The notes: generated by a model not told the origin, from the sequence alone. DNA of 62,879 nt, filler included, from Basidiobolus ranarum (GCA_040143965.1; 46 parts of 46 records of this genome joined end to end with filler, not necessarily neighbours in it); one strand, 5' to 3'. Shown: positions 1 to 13,027, counted from the whole stretch's first letter. Numbers and translations: made by a program.

Positions 1-259
1 CCTCCTCTGCTGGTTGCTCTTGACTCTTTTGGTACACTGGCATCACCTGTGGTTGCATATAACTGTACTCAGTTGCTTGAGGTGCTGTCTGATATTGAGG
101 TTGTGTAAAGCAAGGCCCAGCCTGTTTTCCGCAGGATCTATCTTTGTAAGTAGTTTGCGCAACTGCATTTGCAAAACCTGGTAGGTTATGGAGGGGAGCT
201 GCCGATGTCCATTGGAGCAATATAAAGGAAGATATCAAGAGAGTAAAGGAGGATTGCAT
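1..259 (-). CDS. Secreted Gln/Pro-rich protein, 5' part (runs off the window edge; not in the ORF track)
   Basis: Manual translation MQSSFTLLISSFILLQWTSAAPLHNLPGFANAVAQTTYKDRSCGKQAGPCFTQPQYQTAPQATEYSYMQPQVMPVYQKSQEQPAEE; signal-peptide-like N-terminus; TATA-like TATATAAAA ~70 nt upstream. Confidence 0.75.
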   Translation of the reverse strand, partial: MQSSFTLLISSFILLQWTSAAPLHNLPGFANAVAQTTYKDRSCGKQAGPCFTQPQYQTAPQATEYSYMQPQVMPVYQKSQEQPAEE

Positions 260-815
260 GGTCGCCGAGTAGTCAATATCACTGATGCAATTGCACTATG
301 ATTAGTGTTGATTACGAGAGTCTTACTTTTATATAAATATTATAGGGAAGTGCTATTTGGAATACTTTCTCATGGTTTACTCTTGGTGTCGATTATAAAT
401 TATGACATATTTTTTTACTGTTTAGAGAAGCGAAATATAGGTGTCTTAAGTGTCATATATAACTCTTGTAAATATAACGCTTACTATTTTGAGCATAAAA
501 CTTAAATGCATCCAGCGTGAAAATCATAACGACACAAATATATTATTGTGTGAATCATAATCATTGTTGGGAATCTAACCATTATCTCATAACTCTTCAT
601 TTAAAGCCTAAACCTCTAATCGCACTAGAACTTAGTAATATTTCATATAAGTAACTAACTATAAAATCAATGATACTATAAATTTATACCATTAATACTG
701 GCAACTGGTAACTCAGTAGATATCATATTCAGGTTAACTTTTATTGATGCGGATTACCCATAGTTACTCCTACCATGACATTTAGTAAGGGAAATTCTGG
801 TGAAGTGGCAAAGAA

Positions 816-1273
816 CTAGTGTCTGTTGCCACTAAAATATCTAATCTTGAAGGAACGGTGAGCAAATTTCTTGTATTTCTTGTAAGCTCTTCTGGGTCGG
901 TGCATTGGCCACTGGGGAATGATGATCTGGGGTTGAGGTGGCTGAGCTGGTTGATACACAGTTTGGTCAACCAACTGAGCTTGATCGAATTGATTCGAAT
1001 TAGACAGAGCTTGACTACGTTGGGATGCGTGGCCTTTTACTTCGTCCAGTAGTGCTTGTTTGGGCTGGAGTTGGCTCAGGTCAACATTCCATGAAGAGGG
1101 AGTAGTGGTATAGGAAGGAGTTTCTTGAGTTTGGTCCTGAGATTGGGGCTGGTCATCCTCAGCGAGTGCACTTTTCAGTCGGCAGGTCAACATCAATTTC
1201 AGCCGGTGGAAAAAAGCTAGCGGAACGTAGGTTGGAGCAATCTAACTGTTATAGCCGCCAGCCAATACACTGG
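816..1273 (-). CDS. Gln/Pro-rich protein, 3' part, paralog of 20586-21136; possibly disrupted near 1200-1245
   Basis: Shares ALSxSNQFDQAQxxDQxxYQP with the 20711 ORF; basic C-terminal tail; in-frame stop upstream of 1196. Confidence 0.55.
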
Positions 1274-1374
1274 GNNNNNNNNNNNNNNNNNNNNNNNNNN
1301 NNNNNNNNNNNNNNNNNNTTAATTAATTAANNNNNNNNNNNNNNNNNNNNNNNNNNNNNNNNNNNNNNNNNNNN
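1274..1374. other. Artificial contig spacer (N-run, TTAATTAATTAA, N-run); first of 45 such spacers, recurring every ~1.37 kb to ~61.6 kb
   Basis: The same 12-mer, which gives stops in all six frames, is flanked by N runs each time; contig lengths fall steadily from ~1273 to ~1264 nt. Confidence 0.98.
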
Positions 1375-2648
1375 TGATACTGAAAAAATGCTATATGTGC
1401 CTGAGATAGCAAAAAATCTGTTGTCAGTGAGTGAAGCTACATCTGAGGGGTATAGCTTTAATTTTGATCAAAATGGCTCTACAATCAGGGACCAAAAGGG
1501 AGTTACATAGCTTATGGAGCTAAGCAAAATAACTTGTATAAAGTCATTATATTAGGAAAATATATGAAAAAAGTTAATACTGCCACAGCTGAAGAGATAG
1601 ACTGGATAATCTGGCATTGGAGATTGGGTCATATAGGAGCTGAAAATATGAGAAATTTGATCAAAAACAAGATGGTTTTAGGACTAAATTTGTAATTCCA
1701 CTGGATCTGGAGCTATGTGAAGGTTGCCTCTATTGTAGACAACATCAACAATCATTTGTGGGCTCTGGAATGAGCAAAATTGATCAAAAATTGGGCCTAA
1801 TACACCCAGATCTGTGTGGCCCAATGCAGACAAAGTCCTTAGGCAGAAAAAGCCATTTTATGACCTTTATTGATGATAAGACAATGTATACTTGGATTTA
1901 CATTCCGGCCAGTAAGGATGAAGCCTTTGATACCTTCAAGAAGTTCAGAGCAATGGTGGAGACTGAAACAGGTCTAAAGATTAAGATTATCCGTACCAAT
2001 AATGGAGAGGAATATACCTGAAAACTCTTCTCTAACTTCTGCTCAAAACATGAGATAAAACAGCAAACTACAGTGCTAAATTCCCCACAGAAGAATGGAA
2101 TAGCAGAATGTGCAAACAGATCAATAACGGAAAACGCAAGATCAATGCTTCATGATCAAGATTTACCCAAACAGTACTGCTTGAATTGGTTGCAACTGCA
2201 GTATATATTAGGAATAGTTGTCCTTCAAGGTCTCTATTGGCTATGACACCTTATGAAGCTTGGTTTAGAATGGAACCTCATGTGACTAATCTCATAATTC
2301 TTAGAAGTACTGCATATGCAATGATCTCAGATCAGAAGAGATCAAAATTAGATCAAAAAAGCCAGAAATGTCTTTTTTGGGGATATTGTGATGGAACAAA
2401 AGGGTACAGACCATATGATATTGAAAATAAGAGGCTAATCCAGTCAGGAGACATGGAATTTACTGAAGAAGAAAAATTTACAATGAAAACAATCCAGGAT
2501 AAGAAAAAACAACTGAAAATTGATGAAAAATCTTCTTTTTCTCATCAGATCCTGATCAGTGAGAAAAACATTGAAAATTACTCACCTCCAGTCTCCTGTA
2601 CCAAGCCTGAGGTGGTTTCATTGCCCAAATTGGTTCCAGAAGTTGTAG
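1375..2648 (+). mobile_element. Ty1/Copia family 1 pol fragment (protease end, GAG-pre-integrase, integrase), degenerate
   Basis: WHxRLGH..CEGC zinc finger; HxDLCGPM; RTxNGxEY; SKLDxKSxKCLF motifs; stops and frameshifts. Confidence 0.93.
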
Positions 2649-2748
2649 NNNNNNNNNNNNNNNNNNNNNNNNNNNNNNNNNNNNNNNNNNNNTTAATTAA
2701 TTAANNNNNNNNNNNNNNNNNNNNNNNNNNNNNNNNNNNNNNNNNNNN

Positions 2749-3218
2749 ATCCATTATTCTCATGAGGAATTTACTTAGAAGTTTGAAGATATATAGATTT
2801 TTCAAACTTGCGCTAGAAGCCCCAAAACTCTGCACACATGTCCCTGGGACCTTCCTTAACACAATCTACACGTCGGTTTGTCTACATCTTGACAAAACTA
2901 TGAATGTCAGCTGAATACTCAATTAATCAATAAATGAAAACCACCAATTCCTCTGATTCCCCAAACCACTTCTGACAGGCTCCCAAAAATACTTTAATAT
3001 AAAATGTGTTAAGGAAGGTCCCAGGGACATGTGTGCAGAGTTTTGGGGCTTCTAGCTCAAGTTTGAAAAATCTAAATATCTGAGAACTTCTAAGTTGGTA
3101 AAAATATTTTAAGTAAATTCCAATTGAGAGTAATGGATAATATCTTAGTGAATTATAAGATAACTTGGTACTCAGCTATATATGATTATATAGGTGTTTA
3201 GGCAAAGCTAATTTCAAC
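2749..3218. repeat. Two partial copies of LTR family A in opposite orientation (2749-2999 +, ~3000-3218 -)
   Basis: Both match the full LTR-A copies at 33822, 42631 and 46678. Confidence 0.85.
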
Positions 3219-3812
3219 AGCAATAAGTATCCTGTTGTAGATCTCTGGTCTTCAGTATCTTTTCCCAAATTTCCATATGAATATCCCATCAGATCAAAGT
3301 TTGATTCAAAAAATGTGTATTTTAAGCACAGATCAACAGTACCTTTCAAATATCTGAAAATCTGCTTAATTGTTATGATTTGATGAGATCCATAATTTTA
3401 AAGATATTGGTATATAAAACCCACAAAATATTCAATTTCTGGCTATGCTCCAATCCTGATATACATAAAACTACCAAACATAGTTTGATAAGCAAATTTC
3501 AGCCTTTCATTAGAATCCAAGAACATCTGATTTGAGCCATTTTTGGTCAAGTTAAGATTTGTCTCCATTGAGGTAGATAATGAATTACATTCTTCTATTT
3601 GAAGCTTCTTTAGTATATCTAAGATATACCTAGAATGATTTAAAGTTATTGTTTTGGTAGTTCTATCTATCTTATTTTGGATTCCAAGATAATATATCAG
3701 TTCACCAACATTAGTCATTTTCAATTAGGCAGAAAAGATGGACTTGATTTACTCCAAAGTCTTCAGGTCATTGGTTGCTATAATATGGTCATCTAAATAT
3801 AAGACTGATAAA
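3219..3812 (-). mobile_element. Ty1/Copia reverse transcriptase fragment, degenerate
   Basis: LYLDDHI (YVDD-like), MTNVGELIYYLGI and FGSFMY motifs. Confidence 0.85.
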
Positions 3813-4021
3813 GCTATTAAAGCATTTGGGAGCCTGTTCAAAGTGGTTTGGAGAATTAGAGGAATTGGTGGTTTTCACTTATTGATTTATTGAGTAGAAT
3901 GTTGACATTAATAACTTTGTCAAGATGTAAACAAACAAACAAGTAGAATATGTTAAGGAAGGTCCCAGGAACATGTGTTCAAAGTTTTGGGGCTTCTAGC
4001 TCAAGTTTGAAAATCTATATA
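3813..4021 (-). repeat. LTR family A, partial
   Basis: Matches the 3' half of LTR-A. Confidence 0.85.
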
Positions 4022-4175
4022 NNNNNNNNNNNNNNNNNNNNNNNNNNNNNNNNNNNNNNNNNNNNTTAATTAATTAANNNNNNNNNNNNNNNNNNNNNNN
4101 NNNNNNNNNNNNNNNNNNNNNATGTATCATAACTAAAGTTAACTATGATGTTGAATAAAGATTAATTATCCAACA

Positions 4176-5394
4176 GTGTGGGCTGTGGTGTTAGTGCTTG
4201 CTTTCACCTCTTACATGGCATCATCTTTCATCGAGCCCCCATCCAAAATTCACATTCTTTCTCTGTAGTTGGTATATAGGTTTGGCAGTTTCAGAGAAAT
4301 TGGGAATCCATACTTTAAAAAATCCACAAGCAGCCACAAAACCTGTTGCTTAGGTTAAGTAGTTAGGTGTTTGCCATATGAGTAGTTTCTCAATCTTTGA
4401 TGGCACTGGGATTCTTCCATTGATGTCACATTTCTGACCAACTGTGGATATCTCTGTCTTTCCAAAGTCACTTTCTCACCTCCAGCCCTCTCAACTTTGG
4501 TCAAAATGTTTGTCATTTTCTTGCATATGGTCATTTACAGATCTTTTTACTCCTGGGAGCACTTCAGTTGTGTCCATGCTAGAGGATCCTTTTTTGCTAA
4601 TGTCATCTGCATATATGGCTAGATTGGCTGGCTTAAACTTGTACAGGACTTTGATCATTGCAAACTGAAACTGTGCAACAGAGTTGATTCCTCTTTAGCT
4701 GAGTCTTATCAATCTGAGTAGCTCAAATGGATTTTATAGGCCAAACATGTCACTTGAGTCTTCATTAATAGTTATTTGGTCATATACTGAGTATAGATCC
4801 TAGGATGAATATATGGAAGCTCCTTCAAGTTCTCTGCAAATTCTTCCATAGAAGAAGGTACTGTAGCGTATCTGATTGTTGCTGCATGGCTGGCTGCATG
4901 TTTTGTATGAATCTTAGTTTGCCATTTGTCTTCTTTGTGACCAAACAGCAATTGGCATAAAAGTCACAGCATGGTTCTAGATTTTCAGCTTTAATCTTAC
5001 TCTATAGAAGTGCATGCACATCTGGTTGCAGGCCTCTTGTTGATGGTGAAGCTTATAGACAATGGTGTGTGTTCTATAGTATGAATTTGTATTGATTTTT
5101 CAATTGAGGGCAATAGTAGTTCCATTTCTAGGTCATTGTACTCTAAGCCTGTGTCATGTCTAACAATCATATATCTGAATAGTGGAACTTCTTGAGGGCT
5201 GAGGTTGCCATTGTCAATCTTGACATTGCCTAGTCTCTCAGGAGTTAGTCTGATGCTAGTGTTGTTGTCTAGTGGCTCTCTTTCCAGATTGGTAGGTCTG
5301 GTTCCATTGGTGAGTGACTCAAGGGAAGGTTTTACTTTAGTAGCAATTGTCTTGTACTTTGTCATACAAAGGTTTCTAGGACTTCAGCCCCGAA
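4176..5394 (-). mobile_element. Ty3/Gypsy pol fragment (region before RT and RT N-terminus), degenerate
   Basis: YKTIATKVKP and HTIEHTP, then frameshifted TKKTNGKLRFIQNMQP / ATIRYATVP / EEFAE / DLYSVYDQI, typical of fungal Gypsy RT. Confidence 0.75.
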
Positions 5395-5562
5395 NNNNNN
5401 NNNNNNNNNNNNNNNNNNNNNNNNNNNNNNNNNNNNNNTTAATTAATTAANNNNNNNNNNNNNNNNNNNNNNNNNNNNNNNNNNNNNNNNNNNNCTTTAG
5501 TACTTCTTTAACTGCTTTTCTTTCTTTTCCAAGTTGAAAATTGAGTACATTTATGAGATGTT

Positions 5563-6767
5563 TCAAGGGTACTCTGCTTCAGTTGTTGAAAGTGCTATGG
5601 TAGGTTGTTTCTTGCTATTCCAATATATGGCTGCTTCACTATAGCAAAAGGTATATCCACTTTTAGATCTTCTGTCCTCAATATCACATCCCCAATCTGC
5701 ATCACTAAACCCAATTAGATTGTTATTCTCATATGAATATATGTATCTTAATCCCCAATCAATTGTCCCCTTCTAATATCTGAAAATGCTCTTAACTGCT
5801 GCATAATGCTCAAATCCTGGGTTTTGCACATGTAGGCTACCTACTCCCACTGCAAAAGAGATATCTGGTTGGGTTCCAGTCATAGCATAGATCAAACTAC
5901 TTACTATTGATTGATAAGGTACTCAGGGCTTTCAAATGACATATTTTGAGCCATATTTGGCCAATATGCATCATTTTGGAGGGGATTTTTGACTAGTTTC
6001 ACACCTGGATCCATGGGAGTTGCTACTGGCTTGCAATTCTCCATCCTGTAACATCTGAGAATGTCTGAGATGTATTTAGATTGATTCAGAGTGATAGATT
6101 TACTCAATATATCTGTATGGATCTGCAGACCTAAAAAATATGTAAGTTCACCTAAATTGGTCATCTTGAATTGGACTGATGGATCTCTTTTGGTGTTCCT
6201 GAGAGCTTCATCATTATGGGTAGCTATAATCAGAACATCTACATATAAGGGCAATATCACCTTACTTTCCTTATCTCTCTTAGATTAGATCCCAACATCT
6301 GCTATTCTCTTTTGGAAATCAAGTAATTCCAAGTATGTATCTATCTTAGTGTACCAGGCCCTGGGTAATTGTTTAAGTCCATACAGTTATTTTTGTAGCT
6401 TACACACGTCCTCAGGGTGCTCAGGAACCACAAAATCATCTGGTTGATCCATGAAAATATCATCATCCAAGTCCCTATTCAAAAATCAGTTTTAACATCC
6501 ACTTGATAGATTTTTAAGCTGTGTTTTGCTGCTACTGCTAGTACGGTTCTGATGCAATTAAAGTTTGCTACAGGAGCAAAAGCTTCATTGTAGTCCACCC
6601 CTTCTATTTGAGAGTATCCTTTAGTCACAAGTCTGGCTCTATATCTCTCTACAGATCCACCAGCTTGCTGCGTAACTTTAAACACCCATTTGCATCCAAT
6701 TGATTTTTGGTCATCAGGTAACTTAACCAAAGTCCAAGTTTGGTTATCTATGAGTGACTGATACTCC
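5563..6767 (-). mobile_element. Ty1/Copia family 1 RT-RNaseH fragment
   Basis: CKWVFKV, YRARLVTKGYSQ, QVDVKT, LYVDVL, FSDADWG and LSTTEAEY motifs. Confidence 0.93.
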
Positions 6768-6867
6768 NNNNNNNNNNNNNNNNNNNNNNNNNNNNNNNNN
6801 NNNNNNNNNNNTTAATTAATTAANNNNNNNNNNNNNNNNNNNNNNNNNNNNNNNNNNNNNNNNNNNN

Positions 6868-8140
6868 TGTCATTATGACTCTTCTAAGTAGTCTACCAGA
6901 ACAGTATTCAAACTTGGTCACAGCTTTGGAAGCAAGATCTGACAAGTTGTCTTTGGAGTTTGTGGTAGCAAGGCTGATAGATCAACATCTCAGAAGTAAG
7001 AATTTGGAAAAAGAATCTGAGAAAGTGGCTCTTTTTGGAGCTGGAAAATGTAGCATTGGCATGTACTAAGGTTACAAAATAAGGAAACCAGGTTTATGCT
7101 ATGGTTGTAAGATCACTAAGAAAGTAGCTGTTGCTTTAAAACTTTAAACTCATCAGCATCATGTATTGTTGCAGCTCTGTGCAAAGTTTGAAGAGAATCC
7201 ATTGGCTGGGTCAACAGTTGGCACAAATTTTGTAAGCATCTTGAGATCCTGAATTCCTGTGTTCCGAATATATGCTAGTGTTGATTTTTGTGTTGGCAAT
7301 TTTGAAATAGTTGTAGCTCCACCGAAATGTGACCAAATTGTATGATTCTTGCATGGTTGCAAAGCTCTAATGCCAGGGTTTTTGATTGCAGCTTGAATTG
7401 ATGTAATAAGTTAAGTATTGATGTGACTTTGAGCAATTGAATTTTCTTGTACTTTTTCTTGATCAGTAAAACATTATGAGATAGCAATAGGTAATATTCT
7501 TCCTGCTTAATATGTGCAAGATATGATTGGAATATTTCCAACACTACAGCAGCTACTAGAAGCTCTGGGAGTGGGAGAAATTGTTGTGGATCTTGGGGAC
7601 ATCTTTGGAGACATGTGTTTGACACTGAAAAATGTGCCATATGTACCTGGGATAGAAACAAATTTGTTATCAGTGAGTAAAGCTACATCTAAAGCATATA
7701 GCTTTAATTTTGATCAAAATGGCTGTACAATCAGGGATCAAAAAGGAAATTACAGAGATTCTGGAGCTAAGCAAAATAACTTGTATAAACTTAAATTTAT
7801 TAGGCCAAAATATGAACAAGTAAATACTGGCACAGCTGAAGAGATAGACTGGAAAATCTGGCACAGGAGATTGGGTCTTCTACGAGCTGAAAATATGAGA
7901 AATTCAATCAAAAACAAGATGGTTTTGTGACTAAATTTTGTAATTCCACCGGATCTGGAGCTATGTGATGGTTGCCTATATGGTAGGCAACACAGACAGC
8001 CATTTATAGGCTCTGGAATGAGCAAAATCAATCAAAAATTGGGCCTGATACACTCAGATCTATGTGGCCCAATGCAGACAAAATTCTTAGGCAGAAAAAG
8101 GTATTTTATGACCTTTATTGATGAAAAGACAAAGTATACT
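6868..8140 (+). mobile_element. Ty1/Copia family 1 gag-pol fragment interrupted by ~440 nt of unrelated sequence (~7110-7550)
   Basis: gag LLSSLPEQY..LEAR; later LSVSKAT, WHRRLG and HSDLCGPM; collinear with 21957-23100 and 53678-54691 apart from the insert. Confidence 0.9.
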
Positions 8141-8240
8141 NNNNNNNNNNNNNNNNNNNNNNNNNNNNNNNNNNNNNNNNNNNNTTAATTAATTAANNNN
8201 NNNNNNNNNNNNNNNNNNNNNNNNNNNNNNNNNNNNNNNN

Positions 8241-9513
8241 CCAAAGATCTTCAAATGTTTTACATCAGGTTTAACTCCAAACCAAGCTTGATATGGTGTG
8301 GAGTTAGACAGACTTCTACTTAAACTCCTATTCTTCAGATATACAGCTGTATCAACATATTCTGCCCAAAAGTTATGAGATAAATTTTGTGCATTTATCA
8401 TTGATCTTGCCATTTCTATTATAGTCCTGTTAGCTCTTTCAGCAACTCCATTTTGTTAAGGTGAATAGGGGGCAGCAGTTTCTTGCTTAATTCCATGAAC
8501 TTTGCAAAAGTGCTTAAATTGTGTTGAAGTAAATTCTTCACCATTATCAGTATGTATTTTCTTGATTTTAGTTCCAGTTCCAGTCTCCACAAGTATTTTA
8601 AAGTGTCTAAATATAGATAGAGTCTCTTATTCTCCTTTTATAGTGTAGACCCAAGAGTATCTTGTGTAATCATTAATGAATGTGATCAAATATCTTTTTC
8701 CATATAATGATGAATTTTGCATAGATCAACACATATCTGAATGAATTAGATCCAACTTTTTAACAGATTTGATTAAACCAGAGCTCTTGAATGGTTGCCT
8801 TGCTTGTTTTCCATATATATAACCCTCACACATTTCCATTTTGGTTGGAGGGTTAATTTGTATTCCACAAATTAGGCAATTTGTGATCATTTTGCTCAAA
8901 TAATCAAATCCTATATGGCCAAATCTCTTATGCCATAATTGAATAGTTTCACAATTGGAATAACTTATATTTACATATAAACCTCTTGGATTATATGTAA
9001 GTTGGTATCAGTTCTGATCCTTTTCTCCCAAAGCTAAATAATTCCCATTTTGATCAGTTATGGTGCATCCTGACTTATCCAAATTGAATTTTAGCCCTTC
9101 TGAGGTGGCCTTGCATACAGATATTAAATTCTTGGCAATATCAGGAATATTTTGTACATCCTTAAAAGTATATACTTTATCTTCAGAAGCTCCAGTTAAA
9201 TTTACTTGAATTGTTCCAATTCCAACAGCATCCAATGTGTGGTAATCTCCCATGAAAACCTTTCTAATTGGGATTTCTTCATAATTCAAAAACCAATGTT
9301 TTTCATTCATGAAATGTTGGGAGGCTCCAGAATCAATATACCACGTCTGAGAATCCTTGATGGTAGTCATAGATAGTGCAGAAATGAACAAGTGATCTTC
9401 TGTTGTAACCACATTTCCAGACTCAGTATGTTTTTCTTCTTTTGCAATTCTTCTAAAGCAATCTTTGCTTAAATGGCCAGTTCTTTTAAAGTAATCACAG
9501 AATGTGTTACTTT
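8241..9513 (-). mobile_element. Ty1/Copia family 2 gag zinc knuckle-protease-integrase fragment
   Basis: WYIDSGASQH protease motif; WHKRFGH; NGVAERANRTIIEMARSM. Confidence 0.93.
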
Positions 9514-9613
9514 NNNNNNNNNNNNNNNNNNNNNNNNNNNNNNNNNNNNNNNNNNNNTTAATTAATTAANNNNNNNNNNNNNNNNNNNNNNNNNNNNNNN
9601 NNNNNNNNNNNNN

Positions 9614-10886
9614 AAAGTGGCTGCATAAAAAGAACGTTCAACTTGACATTGAGTATGGTGTTGACTGTGCAGATATCTGGGAAGAACTTAATACAGAGTG
9701 GCACAATATTGCAGGGTATTCGCCAGATAGCTGGAAGAATGTTGATTCAGCAACATTAATACAATAGTGTGCTTTGATGGAAATATTGATACAAACTCAT
9801 GTTGGGTATGAGCTAAACCTTGGGTATGAAGAACTCTATAAAAATATTCAGGAGAATATATCAAAGAGACTAGAGATTTCAAAGGTGAAAAATTAGCATT
9901 CAAGTGGTAATTGTGTAAAATTTGAGTTACCTTTTTTGCGCATGTGTTGATCCATAGTTCTCTGAGATTTTAGCCAATCATGCACAACTATTTTGCAAGA
10001 TCTTGAAATTGCACTCCTGAAACTGAAAAAATTGATTAAAATCAAATCTAACTTGAAAATTTTATGACAGTAAGTAAGCAGTTGCTCCCAAATGGATTAA
10101 ATTTGATGGTTTTCCTACAATAACAATCCTCAAATTTCTCTTATGGAGGTCCTTGTAGTGTGACACTACTAAGGGTGCTTTGCAGTGTTTGTGTGGCTTT
10201 TTGCCTGCCTTTAACTTTGGGGCTATTTTGAACACCTTGAAAAGTGCAGTTGAGGCAGGAGAGCTGTAAGTGTCATTTGCTGGTGTTTGGCTTGTTGAGA
10301 GTTGCCAGGTATTGATTAAAATTCCAAATTTAGCACTCTTCCAACTGGTGTACCTGGTTCCATGGGGAAATTAAGCTTTTTTGCCAGTATATTTTACTGA
10401 GGAAATACAGATCTAGGTAATGGCATGAAGAATTTAGTAACTGGGACAGTAGAGCCCAAACTCACTGGCTCCTTTGCTGTTCCTTTTGGTGTACTAACTT
10501 CGTGCTCCTTCAGTACTTTGTTAGCAGCTTTTCTTTCTTTTCCAAGTCAATAAATGTGTACATTTTTGAGATTTTTCATGAATAGGCCTATACTACCTAA
10601 TTGCCATTTGCTTGCAAAAATACAGGATAAGCCTCATGGAATAAGTCAAGAACCATCAGAGTAATGCCTGTTTTTGTTTTTCCACAATTGACTCAAATCC
10701 AGGTGATTTTGGGCAAGATTCCACACAGTTTCCAAAATGTTAAACCACTCATCATCAGAGCAAGTGATGGCAGCTATGACACTGAGAGTCTTTTGATTTG
10801 CCAGTTTTCCTATAAGATTTCTACTTTCCTGTGCTCAAGCAATTTTGGGTTGTTGTGTAGGCTAAATAGTCTGGCACCTATTCTGT
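9614..10886. mobile_element. CMC/CACTA element: two ORF2 fragments in opposite orientation (9614-10140 + with near-terminal sequence; ~10150-10886 -)
   Basis: Homologous to 39759-40810, 44219-44889 and 61977-62879. Confidence 0.85.
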
Positions 10887-10986
10887 NNNNNNNNNNNNNN
10901 NNNNNNNNNNNNNNNNNNNNNNNNNNNNNNTTAATTAATTAANNNNNNNNNNNNNNNNNNNNNNNNNNNNNNNNNNNNNNNNNNNN

Positions 10987-11253
10987 TAGATCATATATTG
11001 TTGCAACGAACAAAGACATTTCTACAGCAATACTCGTGCCACCACTTTTACTTGGTGTATGAGATGGGGTAGAAGCGTGACTAACATGGGAAGGAAATCC
11101 ACTAGGTGCTCCAGGAGCAATAGGAGACATCATTGACGATGGGCTTGGGCTGGCGCCAGATGTACTGCTTCTGCTGGTGGATGAACTACTGGGCACTTGC
11201 GCAGATACCAAAGACAATATACAAATAACAAATAGAGTGTTAATAACCTTCAT
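10987..11253 (-). CDS. Small secreted Ser/Pro-rich protein, probably GPI-anchored or cell-surface (3' end at contig edge)
   Basis: MKVINTLFVICILSLVSA signal peptide; Ser/Pro/Thr-rich body; SGG followed by a hydrophobic tail; TATAAAA near 11320. Confidence 0.75.
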
Positions 11254-12358
11254 GTGTGTTATTTCGTGCAAGGTGTGTCAATCAATTGAGCTGCATTACT
11301 ATCCAACTTCCTAGTACCTTTTATATCGATTGTGGATTCAACTCTTGCCCAAGATTCAAGTTCAAAACAAATTTATCAAGCATATCGATAACAAAACGTC
11401 TAACCGAAAGCATAGCAAATCGGTTCTGGTTTAAGACCTTGATTCACTCTCGACAAATGAAGTGAATGCCTACATCATCCTCCTACAGGCATGTGCGGTT
11501 CGTATGAAATTATATTAACAAATATCTTTGTATAGCATACGAGAAAGGAAATGCATAGATATCAGCAAAACATTCTATTTTTGCAGCAGGAGCCATGTAC
11601 ATACCTGTAAGTATTTACGGCAAAAGGTTGGTATAAATAGCCTGGATCATTGACCCGGGAATCCTGACGATCTTTCACTTTAACATAGTCAATTAAATTA
11701 TATTATCATATGGTTTCAGCAAGGCTCACACAGGTTTCAATCCTACTACAGCAAATTCTGGTGAATCATCCAAAACGACTGAATAATTCTTGGGTTATCA
11801 TTCACCCATGATTCACATCAACCATGATTTGGGTAGCTGTTTTAACTAGATCTACTGACAGCAGTCTCTCTGAAACAAAATTCTAATAGGATATACCACC
11901 TGGATTCCAACACTGAAGAATATAAGAAGCACATAAATTCACTAAGTAATGAGTGGAGGGTTTCCATGTACAAACCCGAAGCGATCTTTGGGATTAAGCC
12001 TAGTGTGGATATCAAATGTATTGTTTGGAATAAATCAAAGAAATGCATAGAAGCCTCTTCAGTATTCACCTGTCTTGCTGAAAAAGGATCAATGAAGAGT
12101 TGAAACAACCTGCAAACTTCAAGTTATCTCTTATGGTGGTTTTAGGCTCTGTAAAGCTTGGTGTCAAGAGTTACACCAGTATTGGCATGAAGGACTTGGT
12201 TTCATTGAGATGTTTATATGGTAATAATTACACTCGAGTTGAAGTGTTCGAGGCCACTNNNNNNNNNNNNNNNNNNNNNNNNNNNNNNNNNNNNNNNNNN
12301 NNTTAATTAATTAANNNNNNNNNNNNNNNNNNNNNNNNNNNNNNNNNNNNNNNNNNNN

Positions 12359-12605
12359 TATGTCTAATCAGTCAAATATGTGCATATGTAGAGACTAAAC
12401 ACAACAAGATTCTTGTATTTTTTGATTCTCATTATGGCTGGAATACAAAGCCTAAAATATCTAAATAAAAGCATGCATATTAAATCAAATTCCTACAGCA
12501 GTAAACCCAGTAACTCGCCATTTGAAAGTTATATTTTTGCAAAAATTGCTGGATATTGAATAACGCATGCCAAATTTGAGGATCAATAGTTTAACATGCA
12601 TGTTC
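12359..12605 (+). mobile_element. CACTA transposase 3' end / subterminal fragment
   Basis: Encodes ..FFDSHYGWNTKPKISK*; matches 43250-43490. Confidence 0.8.
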
Positions 12606-12614
12606 TGTGACTGA

Positions 12615-13027
12615 ATTTTGCTATGGAACATAAGGTACAGTAGCTTGATGCTTTATTCCATGCTTATAACAAGAACCAGCAGAGTCTTTAGCACAGTATT
12701 CCCCACCACTTTCACTCCTTGGCACCCTTATTAATAATGCTTACTCTTTCCCTACCATGCCTTTGTAGTAATTAAATGTATCAACGGCTTAAGACTTTGA
12801 TCTGAGAAAGAATACCCAAGTATTTCTTGTTTTGCCCTCAATAAAGGTCAGAAAGTACCTTTTGCCACAAAATGCAATGTTTTTCATGGGCCCACATAGG
12901 TCAGAATGAATCAGGGCAAAATTCTGATTGGATTCAATCTCTCCTGAGCTTGAAACATCTGCCTGTAAGTTTGTCCATATATGCAATCTTCACACAGATC
13001 CAACTGCATCTAGTGCATAGTCATCAA
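12615..13027 (-). mobile_element. Ty1/Copia family 3 integrase fragment
   Basis: LIHSDLCGPM..KRYFLTFI; similar to 26400-26720. Confidence 0.85.

Noticed and set aside
2749-3140. Long inverted repeat suggesting a MITE or foldback element
   Set aside because: Explained by two oppositely oriented LTR-A pieces
11842-12258. Overlapping open frames on both strands
   Set aside because: No recognisable motif or second copy; strand and identity cannot be assigned
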